Positions 1-11,872 are shown, counted from the stretch's first letter. The stretch is DNA of 54,982 bases from Synechococcus sp. SB0668_bin_13 (GCA_009836025.1 VXWH01000042.1:1-54982), one strand, 5' to 3'. Numbers and translations: made by a program. Notes: generated by a model not told the origin, from the letters alone.

Positions 1-39
1 TGGGAGGCTAAAGCCACCCGCCTCCTACTTGCCCTGAAT

Positions 40-438
40 AGTTAAGTATGTAAGCCCCGATTCTTCTCTCCCAGCAGATGGCGGAACGCCAGGATCGTGC
101 TCTCATCCGGTACACTCCCTCCCAACAGGTCCATCCCCGCAAAGTACGCACCACCGGCACATCAATTCTCTCCTCCTCCATTCTCTCATCGCTCAGAGAT
201 ACCACTGCTGCAGAAAGTGAATGGGCAGCAGCATCCCCAATGGATAAGGACGGCGCCCCACTGTTCCGTCTTGCTTCCCATAGAACGGTTGGAGCAATCC
301 CTCCAGCTCCTCCCAAGGCACTACCTCCTCCATCACCGACAGGAATCTCTCACGCTTCGTCTCTCTCTTCACCATGCTCCGCCTCTTCACCATGCTCCGC
401 TCAACATCGGTGAAGCCAACCTGACCCTTCTTGCTCAT
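40..438 (-). pseudogene. IS5-family transposase N-terminal remnant (frameshifted)
   Basis: IS5-type N-terminus (TKRERFLSVMEEVVPW...GRRPYPLGMLLPIHFLQQWY) stops at 193. The continuation appears in other frames (LSDERMEE..., VPDESTILAFRHLLGEK). Confidence 0.85.
365..400. repeat. Perfect 18-bp tandem duplication (ctcttcaccatgctccgc x2)
   Basis: Seen directly; gives RSMVKR-RSMVKR in the transposase remnant. Confidence 0.9.
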
Positions 439-480
439 GGAACTCCAACCTCACTCCTTCTATGATCCCACCACATCCCT

Positions 481-500
481 CCCCATTCCCCAGGCTTTCC
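481..500 (-). mobile_element. Probable IS5 left end (GGAAAGCCTGGGGAAT...) abutting a CTAG target
   Basis: A GG-starting end lies upstream of the transposase, directly next to CTAG at 501-504 (IS5 target YTAR), which also contains the pheA stop codon. Confidence 0.5.
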
Positions 501-1463
501 CTAGATTTTCTCCGGTGGCACAGTCATCACTGGATAGCTGCCAAAATTCAGCAGTTGCTCACAGATGGGATACAGGTTTTGTAAAGCCCTCTGGAAAGCT
601 TCAGTTTGATAGTGACCCTCAACATCAATGAAAAACACATATTTCCCCAGATCAGTCTTGGCAGGGCGGGATTCGATGCGAGACATGTTCAGGGACTGCC
701 CATGGAACACCTGTAACGCCTCCACCAGCGCCCCAGGGCGGTCCCGTTGCCGCAGAGCAAAACAAAGGCTGGTGATCACGCCGTGATCCGAAGGTGCAGA
801 GGGGGCGCTGGAGCACAGCATTGCTGCCACAGGCCGCACCAGCAGAAAGCGGGTGCAGTTGTTGGGTTCATCGTTGATGGGATAGGCCAGAACGTTCAGG
901 TCCTGCTCCTTGGCGGCATCCAGCGAGGCAATGGCCCCGCGGAAGCGGCTACCTTTCGCCATCCGTGCAGCTTCTGCGGTGGACGTGGTGGGCAACTGCA
1001 GAGCCTGGGCAAGGTATTTGTTCAGCCATGTGCTGCACTGACCCAGGGCCTGGGGGTGGGAGATAACCTCGCTGATGTCTTCCATGCGGGCGCTCCCCAG
1101 CAGGGCATGGCGAATGGGCAGCACCAGGCCGCGCACAATTTCCAGGCCCTGGGGACCATAGGGGTTGGGGGAGTCTGGAGGACAACAGGGAGCGCTCAAG
1201 CTCCAGAGGGTGTCCAGCGTGGCGGTCACGCCACCTTGCACGGAATTCTCCACGGGCACCACGGCGGCAGCCACGGTTCCATCTCCCCCGTGGTCCGCCC
1301 TGAGTTGGTGCAACACATGCTGGATGGACAGACCGGAACGGGGAGTGTGGTCCTGCAGGCCTTGGGCCTGAGCCAGTTGGCGGCAGGCCGTCTCGGCATA
1401 GGTGCCGGAGGGACCCAGAAACGCAATGAAGGGGACAGACAAGGGTGGGTGACGGGATCTCAC
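501..1463 (-). CDS. pheA: Prephenate dehydratase
   Basis: FLGPSGTY, VVPVENS, SHPQALGQC, NCTRF, ACT domain with SRIESRP. Confidence 0.95.
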   Translation of the reverse strand: MRSRHPPLSVPFIAFLGPSGTYAETACRQLAQAQGLQDHTPRSGLSIQHVLHQLRADHGGDGTVAAAVVPVENSVQGGVTATLDTLWSLSAPCCPPDSPNPYGPQGLEIVRGLVLPIRHALLGSARMEDISEVISHPQALGQCSTWLNKYLAQALQLPTTSTAEAARMAKGSRFRGAIASLDAAKEQDLNVLAYPINDEPNNCTRFLLVRPVAAMLCSSAPSAPSDHGVITSLCFALRQRDRPGALVEALQVFHGQSLNMSRIESRPAKTDLGKYVFFIDVEGHYQTEAFQRALQNLYPICEQLLNFGSYPVMTVPPEKI

Positions 1464-1492
1464 CTGGTTAAGATCCCATCAACAGTGGCGCC

Positions 1493-2068
1493 ATGGCCAT
1501 GCAATTGGCCTTCTCAGCCCGGCAAAAGCTGGGTCTGGCTGTACCAGGGTCTTCCGGAAATCTGAGTGCCTACCTGAGGCAGGAGGAACGGGTGGTCAGG
1601 GTCCTGCTGGGCGCCGATGCACTTCAGGTTCTACGGCCGGCCCACTATCGCTACACGCTCCCCCGGTTCAAGGTGTTTCAGTTGCAGGTGCAACCCATCG
1701 TTGACCTGCGCACCACCCTCTTGCCACACCGGTTGGTCATTCACTCCTGTCAGTGCCGCCTCGATAGCACGGCGCTGGCTGCCAACGACTTTCAACTCCA
1801 GTTGGAGGCCTGGTTGGAGGCCCGGGACGACCAGTTGGAGGGAGAGGCATCCCTGGCTGTACAGGTGAGCCGTCCGGCGTTGTTGCGCCTGATTCCCCAA
1901 GCCGTTCTGGAAGGCACTGGCGACCGTGTGCTGGCCGGTGTGTTGAGCAGAATCAAGGCCAGGATCAGCCGGGAGTTTGTGCAGGACTTCCAGGTCTGGC
2001 GCCGTGGGCATGGAGTGGCATCGCCGCCACCGCCGCCGCCGTTCCCGGAATCTTCCCCAGAAAGCTGA
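1493..2068 (+). CDS. DUF1997 domain protein
   Basis: Conserved cyanobacterial protein typically located between pheA and rnhB (YLRQEERVV...[11 protein letters not shown]). Confidence 0.75.
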   Translation: MAMQLAFSARQKLGLAVPGSSGNLSAYLRQEERVVRVLLGADALQVLRPAHYRYTLPRFKVFQLQVQPIVDLRTTLLPHRLVIHSCQCRLDSTALAANDFQLQLEAWLEARDDQLEGEASLAVQVSRPALLRLIPQAVLEGTGDRVLAGVLSRIKARISREFVQDFQVWRRGHGVASPPPPPPFPESSPES

Positions 2069-2708
2069 GACGGTGCAGTGGCGTGGGACCCAGGCGCCTG
2101 AGTGCCGCCCGATGCTGCGGCGTTCCATAACCCTTATGGCTGGCCAGGCCATAGCCGGGGAAGCGCCGATCCAGTCGGAGGAGCAAACCATCTCTGGCCT
2201 GCTTGGCCACGATGCTGGCGCAGGCAATGGTCAGGCAACGTTGGTCCCCATGCACCACCGTCCGCTGACGGTTGCACCAGGGCCGCAACCTCAGGTTGCC
2301 GTCCACCAACACCAACTGTGGGGTCGTGGCCAGCCGCTGCAGGGCGCGCATCATGGCCAACTCCGTTGCAGCCCGTATCCCCCGCTGATGAATTTCCCGG
2401 GCCGAGGCCTGCCCCAGGCCCAGATCCACGGCCAGGCGACGAATGACCGGCAGGAGTCTTTGGCGGTGCGTTGATGTCAGAGCTTTACTGTCTTGGACGC
2501 CAGCAGCGGCAAGGATGGGCAACGCCGCTGCATCCAGACAGCAGGCCGCTGCGAAAACAGGACCAAACAAGCAGCCTCGTCCCACCTCGTCCACCCCGGC
2601 AAGAGACGCCAAGGCCACCCCGGCGGCAGCCCCATGGCGTGCGTCCTCTCCCACCTGGGTCGGATCCTCAGGCGGCAGAGCGTCGCCGTCGCCGTCGCCG
2701 TCGGTCAT
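1965..2708 (-). CDS. rnhB: Ribonuclease HII
   Basis: [33 protein letters not shown]; start approximate. Confidence 0.95.
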   Translation of the reverse strand: MTDGDGDGDALPPEDPTQVGEDARHGAAAGVALASLAGVDEVGRGCLFGPVFAAACCLDAAALPILAAAGVQDSKALTSTHRQRLLPVIRRLAVDLGLGQASAREIHQRGIRAATELAMMRALQRLATTPQLVLVDGNLRLRPWCNRQRTVVHGDQRCLTIACASIVAKQARDGLLLRLDRRFPGYGLASHKGYGTPQHRAALRRLGPTPLHRLSFLGKIPGTAAAVAAMPLHAHGARPGSPAQTPG

Positions 2709-4740
2709 TGTCCTGCTCCTCCTCGGAGTTGGGGTTTGCCCCGGCAGATACAACGTCTGTGGGGAAGGCGCCGGTGTTCTGACCGGACGCCACTGGCCCA
2801 GCGTTTTCCTGATTGGTCATGGGTGTCTCGACCTGGGCAGGAGCAACGATCTCAGGGATGGCAGTCTCAGGCGAGGGTGTTGTGGAAGAGTCCTGATCAG
2901 CAGCCACAGGCAACGGACTCTGTTGCCTTGAGCGTGTGTGGCTCCTGCGTTGACGCACGGGCGCGGCGCTCTCCTCCTGCCCCTGCGCCCGGCTCTGCTC
3001 ACCCGGTTGCTGGTCCGTGGCAGTCTCCGGCGCCACGGGAGTGCCGGTCTTCTTGCCGGTCTCAATGCCGTCGGGCTGGCGGTGGGGGCCCCCATTGGCC
3101 ACTTGTGCCGCGGCTTCAGCGGATGGAGGCGGCGTATCCTCGCCAGAACCAACCACGCGAACCGCCACATTGTTCAGGTCCCTGGGTGGCGTGGGGGCCA
3201 TGAGGGCTGGATTGAAGCCGCACCAGCTAAAGACCGTCTCCTGATCTTGACTCATGGGTACACTGATGGTCTCCGGCTCTCTGGCCGGGGTGGCGGACTC
3301 TGCCTCGGGAGAGGGAACGGTTGCCGGTTCGTCCGCAGCCGTGCTTGGGATGGCGGGAGTCTCAGCCGCCGCTTGCAGACCATTGCGGCCACCGCTACGG
3401 CGGCGACGCCGGCTGCTGACAACAACAGCACGACCCGCATCCGAACCGGTCTCCCCAGGGGCAGCGGCCGTGGTCACGGGGGGTTGCACGATCCCTGTTG
3501 TCAACGGCTGCGTGGGAACCTTGCCCGGCGCCATGGCCCCATGGCCTTGCCCGGCATAACCAGGGCGCTGGTCACCAAAGAGTTCATAGATGTTCTGCCC
3601 CTGGCGCTTGCGGGTCAACTCCACCAGCCCCAGTTCCGTAAGTTGGGCAATCTGAGGTCTGGCCTTGTCGGGAGCCATGACCTTCATGAAGTGTTCCAGC
3701 AGCAACAACTGATCGCGGCGTGACTCCATGTCAATGAAGTCGACGATGACCATGCCGCCAATGTTGCGCAACTGAAGCTGTCGGGCAATCTCGGTGGCGG
3801 CTTCACAGTTGGTCCACAGCACTGTCTCCCGGGACGTGGCGGAGCGTGTGAAGGAGCCGGAGTTCACGTCGATCACCGTCAGGGCTTCCGTGGGCTCGAT
3901 GACCACGTAACCGCCGGACGGCAGATCCACCCGTGGCAAGAGGGCCTGACGAATTGCCGCGTGAATGCGGAAGGCCTCCATCAGTTCCTCTGCGCTGGCA
4001 AAGGAGTCCACCCCAATGGTGTTCTTTTCCGCGCCGAGGAAGGCCTTGACCCGCTCCACCACCTGCGGACTGTCCACCACAACTCTGTCCAGATCAGGTC
4101 CCCAGTGGTCCCGCAAGGTGCGATGAACAAAATCATCATCGCGATTCAGGAGTGCGGGCGGTTGGGACGTCTCGGCGGTGGTCTGAATGGTCTCCCATTG
4201 GCGGCAGAGCATTTCAAGGTCGTCAATAATCTGGTCCTCCCCCGCCCCTTCGGCCTTTGTGCGCACCAGCAGACCGGTTCCGGCAGGTTTGATCAGAACC
4301 GCCAGGGCCCGAAGGCGATCACGCTCGGCCTCTTCGTGAATACGGCGAGAAATGTTGACCCCCTGCCCATTGGGCTGGAGCACCAGAAAGCGACCGGGCA
4401 GGGTAATGTTGCCTGTGAGCCGAGGTCCTTTGTTGCCGGTGGGCTCTTTTATGACCTGCACCAGAGCTTTCTGGCGTGGCTCAAGGAGTTCCGTAATGGA
4501 TCCGGCAGTTTGCCGCAGTCGCAGAGGGCCTAGATCGGTGACGTGAATGAAGCCGTTTCTTTCACTTTCGCCGATTTTCACAAAGGCAGCATCAATTCCT
4601 GGGTGGACATTTTCCACCATTCCAAGATAGATGTCGCCGATCTGATGTTGGCCTTGGGCAACAATCAGTTGGTCAACACGTTCATTGTTGAGAATGGCAG
4701 CAATGCGCAGCTTTTCAGCAATAAGAATTTGCTTGGTCAT
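2668..4740 (-). CDS. rne: Ribonuclease E/G
   Basis: S1 and catalytic motifs ([19 protein letters not shown]); cyanobacterial C-terminal [10 protein letters not shown]. Confidence 0.97.
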   Translation of the reverse strand: MTKQILIAEKLRIAAILNNERVDQLIVAQGQHQIGDIYLGMVENVHPGIDAAFVKIGESERNGFIHVTDLGPLRLRQTAGSITELLEPRQKALVQVIKEPTGNKGPRLTGNITLPGRFLVLQPNGQGVNISRRIHEEAERDRLRALAVLIKPAGTGLLVRTKAEGAGEDQIIDDLEMLCRQWETIQTTAETSQPPALLNRDDDFVHRTLRDHWGPDLDRVVVDSPQVVERVKAFLGAEKNTIGVDSFASAEELMEAFRIHAAIRQALLPRVDLPSGGYVVIEPTEALTVIDVNSGSFTRSATSRETVLWTNCEAATEIARQLQLRNIGGMVIVDFIDMESRRDQLLLLEHFMKVMAPDKARPQIAQLTELGLVELTRKRQGQNIYELFGDQRPGYAGQGHGAMAPGKVPTQPLTTGIVQPPVTTAAAPGETGSDAGRAVVVSSRRRRRSGGRNGLQAAAETPAIPSTAADEPATVPSPEAESATPAREPETISVPMSQDQETVFSWCGFNPALMAPTPPRDLNNVAVRVVGSGEDTPPPSAEAAAQVANGGPHRQPDGIETGKKTGTPVAPETATDQQPGEQSRAQGQEESAAPVRQRRSHTRSRQQSPLPVAADQDSSTTPSPETAIPEIVAPAQVETPMTNQENAGPVASGQNTGAFPTDVVSAGANPNSEEEQDNDRRRRRRRRSAA

Positions 4741-4867
4741 GGAAGAAAACCTAAAAGTTTTACAGGAGACGGGGTGGTTGAAGAGCGTTATTTGCCTGTC
4801 ACCGAAGCTGCTCAGCAGACTGGGGCATGGAGTGAAGTCTTGTCGTCCCGGTCACAATGATAACCCA

Positions 4868-7501
4868 TCACAGGCCGGGGCGCCTCTTGCCTGGCTGGGG
4901 CTTGGCGGCCTCGGAACGCAGGTACAGCCAGTCGCGGCACAGAGTGGTGACGGTCAGTTCCTCGCCGAGACGGCCCGCCAGAATCGTCTCCAACTGTTCA
5001 GGCTTCAGGCTGCGTCCGCTGGAGTCAATGGCCACATCGACAGCCAACTGCACAGCGGCGCCCCTTTGACCATGAAGGGTCAGACCCTTGAGCAGCGGGC
5101 GCAGATCCCGTTGCCGGGGTCGTCCTTTTTTATCCGTGTCGTCCCAGGGCAGGCCGGGAGCAGCCAGCACCGCCTCACAAGCGGCCTGCCAAGCCTGGCT
5201 TGGCAGGGTGACCCCTGATTCCGGGCGGAAACCCATGGTCCAGCGGGCCCCCTCCAGCAGTTGAGCCAGGCTCTTTTGCCCAAGGGGAACCTCTTCAGCC
5301 GTCAGGAGCCGGATCCCCGTGGGAAGCCGGGGCTGGAGGGTATTGATGAATGTCACCGGCGGGACGACTTCAGCCAACTCCAGATCCAGCAATTCACCGC
5401 CACCCTCAACCCCCAGGGGTAGAGCATGGCCCACCTGCAGCCGCGGCAGTGGATGGAACCCTGCGCTGAAGCTGATGGGCAGGGCTGCAGAGCGCAGGGC
5501 CCTCTCCAGCAGGCGCAGGAGGTCCAGATGGCTGAGCAGGGCCGCGTCCCCCTCCTTGGTAAAGCGCAACCGCAGCCGCTGGACCCGGCGACTCACGGGC
5601 CGGACCCTGGCTGATGCCACAGGGATTGGCGGCGGCGCCACAATCTGATTGTGCCCAAACCCTGGTCCACACACCCCGCAACTGCTGCAGGCGGCAAAGG
5701 AGCAGTCCGGCACCACCACGGCCGCCATGGCCCGTTGCAGGTCGTCTCGCAGCCACTGCCGATCCACGCCTGTATCGATATGGTCCCAGGGCAGGGGAAG
5801 GGTTGTTGGATCCTTGCCCTCCTGCTCCTGCTGCTGATCCCTCCAGCTCAATCCTGCTGCGCAGATGGCCTGATTCCAGGCCTGGTGGGCCCGCTCCACG
5901 CTTTCCCACCAGGCATCCATCCCCGCACCATTGCGCCAGGCTCCAACAATGACCTGCGCCAGACGGCGATCCCCGCGGCCCACAAAATCCTCCATGGCGG
6001 AGATCCGCACATCCGTTTCATTCACCTTGAGGCGGGAAATGCCCCGCAGCGCCTGACGCAACAACGCCTGTTTGCGGTGCAGGTCGTCACTGGAGACCTG
6101 GTGCCACTGGAACGGCGTGTGGGGCTTGGGGGTGAAATTGCTGATGGTGAGGTGAAAGCCAAGGGGGCCATGGCCATGGCACTCCCGCTTCAACCAGCGC
6201 ACCGTCTCCGCGATGCCCAGCACGTCGGCATCCGTTTCGCCGGGCAAACCGATCATGAAGTAGAGCTTGACCGTTCGCCAGCCCTGCTCGTAGGCGGTGC
6301 GGACACCACGGAGCAGGTCCTGATCCGTGAGGCCCTTGTTGATGACGTCCCGCAGTCGCTGGGTGCCCGCCTCCGGGGCAAAGGTGACGCCTGTGCGGCG
6401 TGTACCACCGATGATCCCGGCAATGGTTTCATCAAAGCGGTCCACCCGTTGACTGGGCAGGCTGAGGCTAACCGACTGCCCCTGGAGGCGATTGCGGATC
6501 TCCACACCAACGGCCGGGAGCGCCAGATAGTCGGAGCAACTCAGGGAGAGAAGGGAGAAATCGCTATAGCCGGTTGCCTTCATGCCCGTTTCCACGGCAT
6601 CCACCACATCCTCCGGCGCCACATCCCGGGCGGGGCGGGTCAACATGCCGGGTTGACAGAAGCGGCAGCCCCGGGTACAACCCCGGCGGATTTCCACCAC
6701 CAGCCGATCATGGACGGTTTCCACCTGGGGCACCAATCCCGTGGCGTAGTGGGGAATGGGATCGGCCACCCGCCGCATCACCCGGGCGGGAGCGGCGGGC
6801 GATCGGGGTACAACCCGCCCGTCACTGTTGCGCTGGTACAGGCTGGGGACATACACCCCCGGTACCTGGGCAAGATCCCGTAACAATGCGGAGCGGCTCA
6901 GGCGTGCGGCCTTACCCTCCTGGACCACCAGGCCAATCTCGGGCAGCAACTCCTCCCCATCCCCCAGGGCGATGAAGTCGAAGAAAGCGGCATAGGGTTC
7001 GGGATTGGACGTGGCGGTTTGACCACCCGCAAAGACGAGGGGTTGGGCCTGGGGGTGATCAAGGGGCCCATCCGGACGTTGCCGGGCCCACAGAGGCAAG
7101 CCACTCAGGTCCAGCATTTCCAGGATGTTGGTGGCGCCCAGCTCATAGCTGAGGCTGAAGCCAAGAATGTGGAACGCCTTCAGAGGCCGGCGGCTTTCCA
7201 CCGCAAACAGGGGAACCTCCCGCCGCCGCAGCCGGGCTGCAAGATCCGCCGCAGGCAGGTAGGCGCGGTCACAGAGTTGCCCCGGCAGGCGATTGAGGAT
7301 GCCATAGAGAATGATGTGCCCCAGATTGCTGGCGCCCACTTCGTAGAGTTCCGGATAGGTGAGACACCAGCGCAATGACGCCTGGTCCCAGGGCTGATGC
7401 AGGGCGCCCCGCTCTTGACCCAGGTAGCGACCCGGCTTGCTGATGCCGCGATTGACCAGTTGATGGAAGGGGACGGGGGCGGTCGCTGCGGCAGAGGGCA
7501 T
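4868..7501 (-). CDS. TIGR03960-type radical SAM protein fused to a TIGR03936-type domain
   Basis: RGCTRGCRFCQ CxxxCxxC motif; C-terminal LSHLDL...FSAGFHP domain. Confidence 0.9.
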   Translation of the reverse strand: MPSAAATAPVPFHQLVNRGISKPGRYLGQERGALHQPWDQASLRWCLTYPELYEVGASNLGHIILYGILNRLPGQLCDRAYLPAADLAARLRRREVPLFAVESRRPLKAFHILGFSLSYELGATNILEMLDLSGLPLWARQRPDGPLDHPQAQPLVFAGGQTATSNPEPYAAFFDFIALGDGEELLPEIGLVVQEGKAARLSRSALLRDLAQVPGVYVPSLYQRNSDGRVVPRSPAAPARVMRRVADPIPHYATGLVPQVETVHDRLVVEIRRGCTRGCRFCQPGMLTRPARDVAPEDVVDAVETGMKATGYSDFSLLSLSCSDYLALPAVGVEIRNRLQGQSVSLSLPSQRVDRFDETIAGIIGGTRRTGVTFAPEAGTQRLRDVINKGLTDQDLLRGVRTAYEQGWRTVKLYFMIGLPGETDADVLGIAETVRWLKRECHGHGPLGFHLTISNFTPKPHTPFQWHQVSSDDLHRKQALLRQALRGISRLKVNETDVRISAMEDFVGRGDRRLAQVIVGAWRNGAGMDAWWESVERAHQAWNQAICAAGLSWRDQQQEQEGKDPTTLPLPWDHIDTGVDRQWLRDDLQRAMAAVVVPDCSFAACSSCGVCGPGFGHNQIVAPPPIPVASARVRPVSRRVQRLRLRFTKEGDAALLSHLDLLRLLERALRSAALPISFSAGFHPLPRLQVGHALPLGVEGGGELLDLELAEVVPPVTFINTLQPRLPTGIRLLTAEEVPLGQKSLAQLLEGARWTMGFRPESGVTLPSQAWQAACEAVLAAPGLPWDDTDKKGRPRQRDLRPLLKGLTLHGQRGAAVQLAVDVAIDSSGRSLKPEQLETILAGRLGEELTVTTLCRDWLYLRSEAAKPQPGKRRPGL

Positions 7502-7562
7502 GGACGGGGAAGGAAAGGAAGGGACAGCACAGGGTGAAGCACACCCCTATCCATAGGATGGA

Positions 7563-8819
7563 GTGTCTGTGCCAAGTGCTGCCATGGTGCGCGTCAACAG
7601 CCACTACCAAATGTTGCAGGCGGGATACCTCTTCCCGGAGATTCAGCGCCGCATCAAGGCCTTCAGCGCCGAGCACCCCGAGGCTGATGTCATTCGCCTG
7701 GGCATTGGGGATGTCACGGAGCCTCTGCCCGCCGCTTGTCGCGAGGCCATGGCCACCGCTGTCGAGGCCATGGGAACCAGAACGGGGTTCCATGGCTATG
7801 GTCCCGAGCAGGGCTACCACTGGCTACGGCAGACCATTGCCCAGCATGACTACCAACAGCGGGGCTGTGCCATTGAAGCGGACGAGATTTTCATCTCCGA
7901 TGGCTCCAAGTGCGACACGAGCAACATTCTGGACATTCTCGGGGACGACAACCGCATTGCCGTGACCGATCCAGTCTACCCCGTCTATGTGGACTCCAAC
8001 GTGATGGCTGGCCATACGGGTCCCGCTGACGATCAGGGTCGCTACGGCGGCTTGCAATACCTGCCCCTCACCGCGGACAACGACTTCTGCGCCCCTTTGC
8101 CGTCAACACCGGCCGATCTGATCTACCTGTGCTTCCCCAATAATCCCACCGGCGCGGTGGCCACCCGTGCCGAATTGCAGCGTTGGGTCGACTATGCATG
8201 CAGCCATGAAGCCCTGATTCTCTTTGATGCGGCGTACGAAGCCTTTATCCAGGATCCGGAACTGCCCCACTCCATTTTTGAAATCGAGGGGGCCCGGGAC
8301 TGTGCCATCGAGTTTCGCTCCTTCTCCAAGAATGCCGGCTTCACGGGGACACGCTGTGCCTTTACCGTAGTGCCCCGGACCCTGACCGGCCGCACCAGGG
8401 ACGGGGATGCGGTGTCCCTGTGGCAACTCTGGAGCCGTCGCCAGAGCACCAGGTTCAATGGGGTGGGCTATGTGGTGCAACGGGGCGCCGAGGCCGTCTA
8501 TTCCTCCGCTGGCCAAGCCCAGGTGGCCCGGTTGGTAGCCTTTTACATGGAGAACGCCGCCATCATCCGACAGCAGCTCCAGAGCCTGGGTCTGGCGGCG
8601 TATGGTGGCCAACATGCCCCCTATGTCTGGGTCAAGACGCCGGAGTCGGTCAGTTCCTGGCAGTTCTTTGACCAACTGCTGCACGAGGCCCGGGTGGTGG
8701 GCACGCCCGGGGCTGGTTTCGGCGCTGCCGGGGAGGGCTACCTGCGCCTTTCAGCCTTTAACAGTCGCGCCCGGGTAGAGGCTGCCATGGCCCGGATTGC
8801 CCGGTGCAGGCTGCAATAA
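7563..8819 (+). CDS. dapL: LL-diaminopimelate aminotransferase
   Basis: [37 protein letters not shown]. Confidence 0.96.
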   Translation: MSVPSAAMVRVNSHYQMLQAGYLFPEIQRRIKAFSAEHPEADVIRLGIGDVTEPLPAACREAMATAVEAMGTRTGFHGYGPEQGYHWLRQTIAQHDYQQRGCAIEADEIFISDGSKCDTSNILDILGDDNRIAVTDPVYPVYVDSNVMAGHTGPADDQGRYGGLQYLPLTADNDFCAPLPSTPADLIYLCFPNNPTGAVATRAELQRWVDYACSHEALILFDAAYEAFIQDPELPHSIFEIEGARDCAIEFRSFSKNAGFTGTRCAFTVVPRTLTGRTRDGDAVSLWQLWSRRQSTRFNGVGYVVQRGAEAVYSSAGQAQVARLVAFYMENAAIIRQQLQSLGLAAYGGQHAPYVWVKTPESVSSWQFFDQLLHEARVVGTPGAGFGAAGEGYLRLSAFNSRARVEAAMARIARCRLQ

Positions 8820-8898
8820 AGTGCCATCAACCCACCGGTCAGCTAGACTAGCCGGGAAGATTCTGTCCAGAGACTCGGCATTGATCATGCCCCGTGAC

Positions 8899-9198
8899 AT
8901 GGCTTCACAACGAGGTGGCGCAACTGTCCTTGTCCAGCAGCAGCAGCGGACACGCAAGCGGCAGCCCCTGTATCGCGTCCTTCTCCACAACGATCCCGTG
9001 AATACGCGGGACTACGTGGTGGCAACGCTGCAAATGGTGGTTCCCCAACTCAGCGAGCAAGATGCCGTGGCTGTGATGTTGGCAGCCCACAACACGGGCG
9101 TGGGTCTGGTGATTGTCTGTGACCAGGAGCCCGCTGAGTTTTACAGCGAGCAACTCAAGAGCAAGGGACTCACCAGTACGATTGAACCGGAAACGTGA
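8899..9198 (+). CDS. clpS: ATP-dependent Clp protease adaptor ClpS
   Basis: YRVLLHNDPVN...VMLAAHNTG...AEFY; alternative start at 8887. Confidence 0.93.
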   Translation: MASQRGGATVLVQQQQRTRKRQPLYRVLLHNDPVNTRDYVVATLQMVVPQLSEQDAVAVMLAAHNTGVGLVIVCDQEPAEFYSEQLKSKGLTSTIEPET

Positions 9199-10049
9199 GG
9201 CGGGAAGCCAGGCAAGGTCCCCGCTGGCTGGGCACCTTGCTGTTTGTGCCCTTGCTGCTGGCCGTAGCCTGGTTGCTGACCCGTCCCCTGTTGTGGCTGG
9301 GGATGGACCCGGCGGCGGTGAAGCTGCTGGTCAGCCTGGGAGCCTTTGTGCTGTTTCTCGTCTGCCTCCCCCTGCGCCTGCGCCGTGTCTGGGCGGTCGC
9401 TCGCCCTTGGCGCTGTCTGGGGCTCAACGCTCCCCTTGGCAGGTCCATCCGCGCCTTGGCCCATGGCCTTTTCCAGGCTGTCCTGCTGCTGTTGGGCTTG
9501 AGCATTCTGCTCCGGTTTCTGGGGCACGCCCATTGGGGCGGCGGGCTCACCATGGGCCAAACCATCAATGCCGTGGCCTTGATGGGCGTCGGCTTTGCCG
9601 AAGAGTTGCTGTTTCGTGGCTGGCTTTGGGGGGAGTTGCAGTTGCGACTGGCCTGGCGCCAGGCCGCCATGGCCCAGGCTGTGGTGTTCAGCGTGCTCCA
9701 CACCCGCTTTGACCAGGGGTGGGCAATCCCCCTTGGCCTATGGCCAGGGATGTTGATGTTGGGGCTGGTTCTGGCTGGGCAGCGCAGCAAGGACGACAGC
9801 CTGCTGGCTGGCGCCGTGGGTCTGCACGGTGGCTTGGTGGCAGGGTGGTTTGCACTGCAATCGGGCCTTCTGAGCCTGGAGCCTTCCATCCCCGCCTGGC
9901 TGATGGGTCCCAACTACAATCCCGTTGCCGCTTCCCCCGATTACAACCCCGTTGGCGGACTTCTCGGCTGGCTGGGCTTAAGCATCCAACTGCTCAGGTT
10001 GCGCTGGCATTGGGGCTACGCGGATCACAACCCCGGATCAAAGCCCTAA
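9195..10049 (+). CDS. CPBP (CAAX/Abi) family intramembrane metalloprotease
   Basis: EELLFRG, FSVLH and GLHGG motifs; multiple TM segments. Confidence 0.88.
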   Translation: MRREARQGPRWLGTLLFVPLLLAVAWLLTRPLLWLGMDPAAVKLLVSLGAFVLFLVCLPLRLRRVWAVARPWRCLGLNAPLGRSIRALAHGLFQAVLLLLGLSILLRFLGHAHWGGGLTMGQTINAVALMGVGFAEELLFRGWLWGELQLRLAWRQAAMAQAVVFSVLHTRFDQGWAIPLGLWPGMLMLGLVLAGQRSKDDSLLAGAVGLHGGLVAGWFALQSGLLSLEPSIPAWLMGPNYNPVAASPDYNPVGGLLGWLGLSIQLLRLRWHWGYADHNPGSKP

Positions 10050-10087
10050 GCTGGGAAACCAACTGTTGAAGCAGTGAAGCCCTCTGC

Positions 10088-11224
10088 ATGGCCGACTACT
10101 ACGACCTTTTGAATGTCAGCAGGGACGCCAGCCCGGAGACCCTTAAACGCGCCTACCGCCGCCTGGCGCGTCAGTACCACCCTGACGTCAATAAGGAGCC
10201 GGGGGCGGAGGAACGATTCAAGGAGATTGGGCGGGCCTATGAGGTGCTCAGTGACCCGGAAAAACGGTCCCGCTATGATCAATTTGGCGAAGCGGGTGTG
10301 GGCGGAGCGGCCGGCGGGATGCCTGACATGGGCGATATTGGGGGCTTTGCTGATCTCTTCGAGAACTTCTTTGGCGGCGGGGCGGCAACCGGTCGCGGAT
10401 CACGGCGGCGGCAAGGGCCGACCCAGGGGGAGCACCTTCGCCTGCCCCTGACCATTTCCTTCCGCGAGGCTGTTTTCGGGACAACCCGGGAGGTGCAGAT
10501 CCGCCACAGGGAAACCTGCTCCACATGTGGAGGTAGTGGCCTCAAACCCGGCAGCCGTCTGAGCACTTGCCAGACCTGTGGAGGTCAGGGTCAGGTTCGC
10601 CGCACCAGCCGCACCCCTTTCGGCGTGATTTCCCAGGTGACCACCTGTCCCACCTGTGGCGGTCGGGGGAAAGTGACCAGGCCGGAGGATCGCTGTGGCG
10701 CCTGTAACGGCCAAGGCTCCATCCAGGCGCTCAAGAAACTCCGCATCACCATTCCTCGGGGTGTGGAATCCGACCAGCAGCTTCGGGTGGCGGGCGAGGG
10801 GAACGCGGGTGAGCGGGGTGGTCCGGCCGGAGACCTGTTTGTGGAATTGCAGGTGGAATCCGATCCCAGGTTCCAGCGTGAAGGCGTCACCATCCGTTCC
10901 ACCGCTGAGGTGAGCTATCTGCAAGCCATTCTTGGCGACACCATCACAGTGGCCACGGTGGACGGCGACCAATCCGTCGAACTGCCAGCCGGAACCCAGC
11001 CAGGCGAAGTTCTCACCCTGCCAGGTCTGGGCGTTCCCAAGCTGGGTAACCCTGTCGCACGGGGTGACCATCTGCTGACGATCAAGGTGAGACTTCCCAA
11101 GGGCAGGTTTTCCGTAAAGGAGAAGGACGTCCCTGGTGGTCTCTCGAAGGAAGGCCGCACCCTGCTCAAACAGTTGGACAAGAAAGTTCAGACCAAGGGC
11201 AGCATGCTGGGCGGCCTTCTCTAA
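10088..11224 (+). CDS. dnaJ: Chaperone DnaJ
   Basis: J domain with HPD, G/F region, four CxxCxGxG repeats. Confidence 0.97.
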   Translation: MADYYDLLNVSRDASPETLKRAYRRLARQYHPDVNKEPGAEERFKEIGRAYEVLSDPEKRSRYDQFGEAGVGGAAGGMPDMGDIGGFADLFENFFGGGAATGRGSRRRQGPTQGEHLRLPLTISFREAVFGTTREVQIRHRETCSTCGGSGLKPGSRLSTCQTCGGQGQVRRTSRTPFGVISQVTTCPTCGGRGKVTRPEDRCGACNGQGSIQALKKLRITIPRGVESDQQLRVAGEGNAGERGGPAGDLFVELQVESDPRFQREGVTIRSTAEVSYLQAILGDTITVATVDGDQSVELPAGTQPGEVLTLPGLGVPKLGNPVARGDHLLTIKVRLPKGRFSVKEKDVPGGLSKEGRTLLKQLDKKVQTKGSMLGGLL

Positions 11225-11242
11225 GACGCGGCGCCAAAGACC

Positions 11243-11473
11243 ATGGACACCATTGGCTTGGACCTGCGCGGCGTTCCCTGTCCTCTGAATGCTGTTCGCT
11301 GTCAGTTGGCGTTCGAGAAGCTGGCGGTGGGTGAAGGGCTGCGGGTGCAACTGGATTCCGGTGAACCCCTGGAGAGCGTGGTGAATCAATTTCTCGACGC
11401 CGGGCAGCAGGTGGACGTGGAGGTCCGCTCCGGGCAACATGCAACGGTCCTCATCACCCGCCTCTTCCCCTAG
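11243..11473 (+). CDS. TusA/SirA-family sulfurtransferase
   Basis: LDLRGVPCPLN motif; DSGEP. Confidence 0.88.
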   Translation: MDTIGLDLRGVPCPLNAVRCQLAFEKLAVGEGLRVQLDSGEPLESVVNQFLDAGQQVDVEVRSGQHATVLITRLFP

Positions 11474-11504
11474 CCCAGGACACGGGGAGATCCCAGCGTC
11501 GGCG

Positions 11505-11852
11505 TCATCCCCCCAGCAGGTTGGGCATATTGAGGTTCCCCAAACCTCCTGTGAGTTCCTCCATGCGGGCTTTCATGGTTTCCGTGGAATGCTGGTGGGC
11601 TGCCTGCAGGGCTTCCAGGACGGCTGCTTCCACCACGGGCGACTCCTCGGCCAGCAAGCTGGGATCCAGAAAAACCCCTTGTGGAACCTGGTTGCCCGAG
11701 ATGGTGATCCGTACACGTCGATCTCCACTGAAGCCTTCCAGAACCAAGGCGTCCAACTCCTCCTGAAGCCTCACCGCATCCTTCTGGATCTGCTGTGCCT
11801 TCTGGAAGGCTTCAGTGAGTTGGGAAAAATTGGGGAGTCCAAAGCCGGCCAT
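11505..11852 (-). CDS. YbaB/EbfC nucleoid-associated protein
   Basis: AFQKAQQIQ...LQEEL...SGNQ...MEELTGGL. Confidence 0.92.
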   Translation of the reverse strand: MAGFGLPNFSQLTEAFQKAQQIQKDAVRLQEELDALVLEGFSGDRRVRITISGNQVPQGVFLDPSLLAEESPVVEAAVLEALQAAHQHSTETMKARMEELTGGLGNLNMPNLLGG

Positions 11853-11872
11853 CAGGACAGACCAAACTCTTA

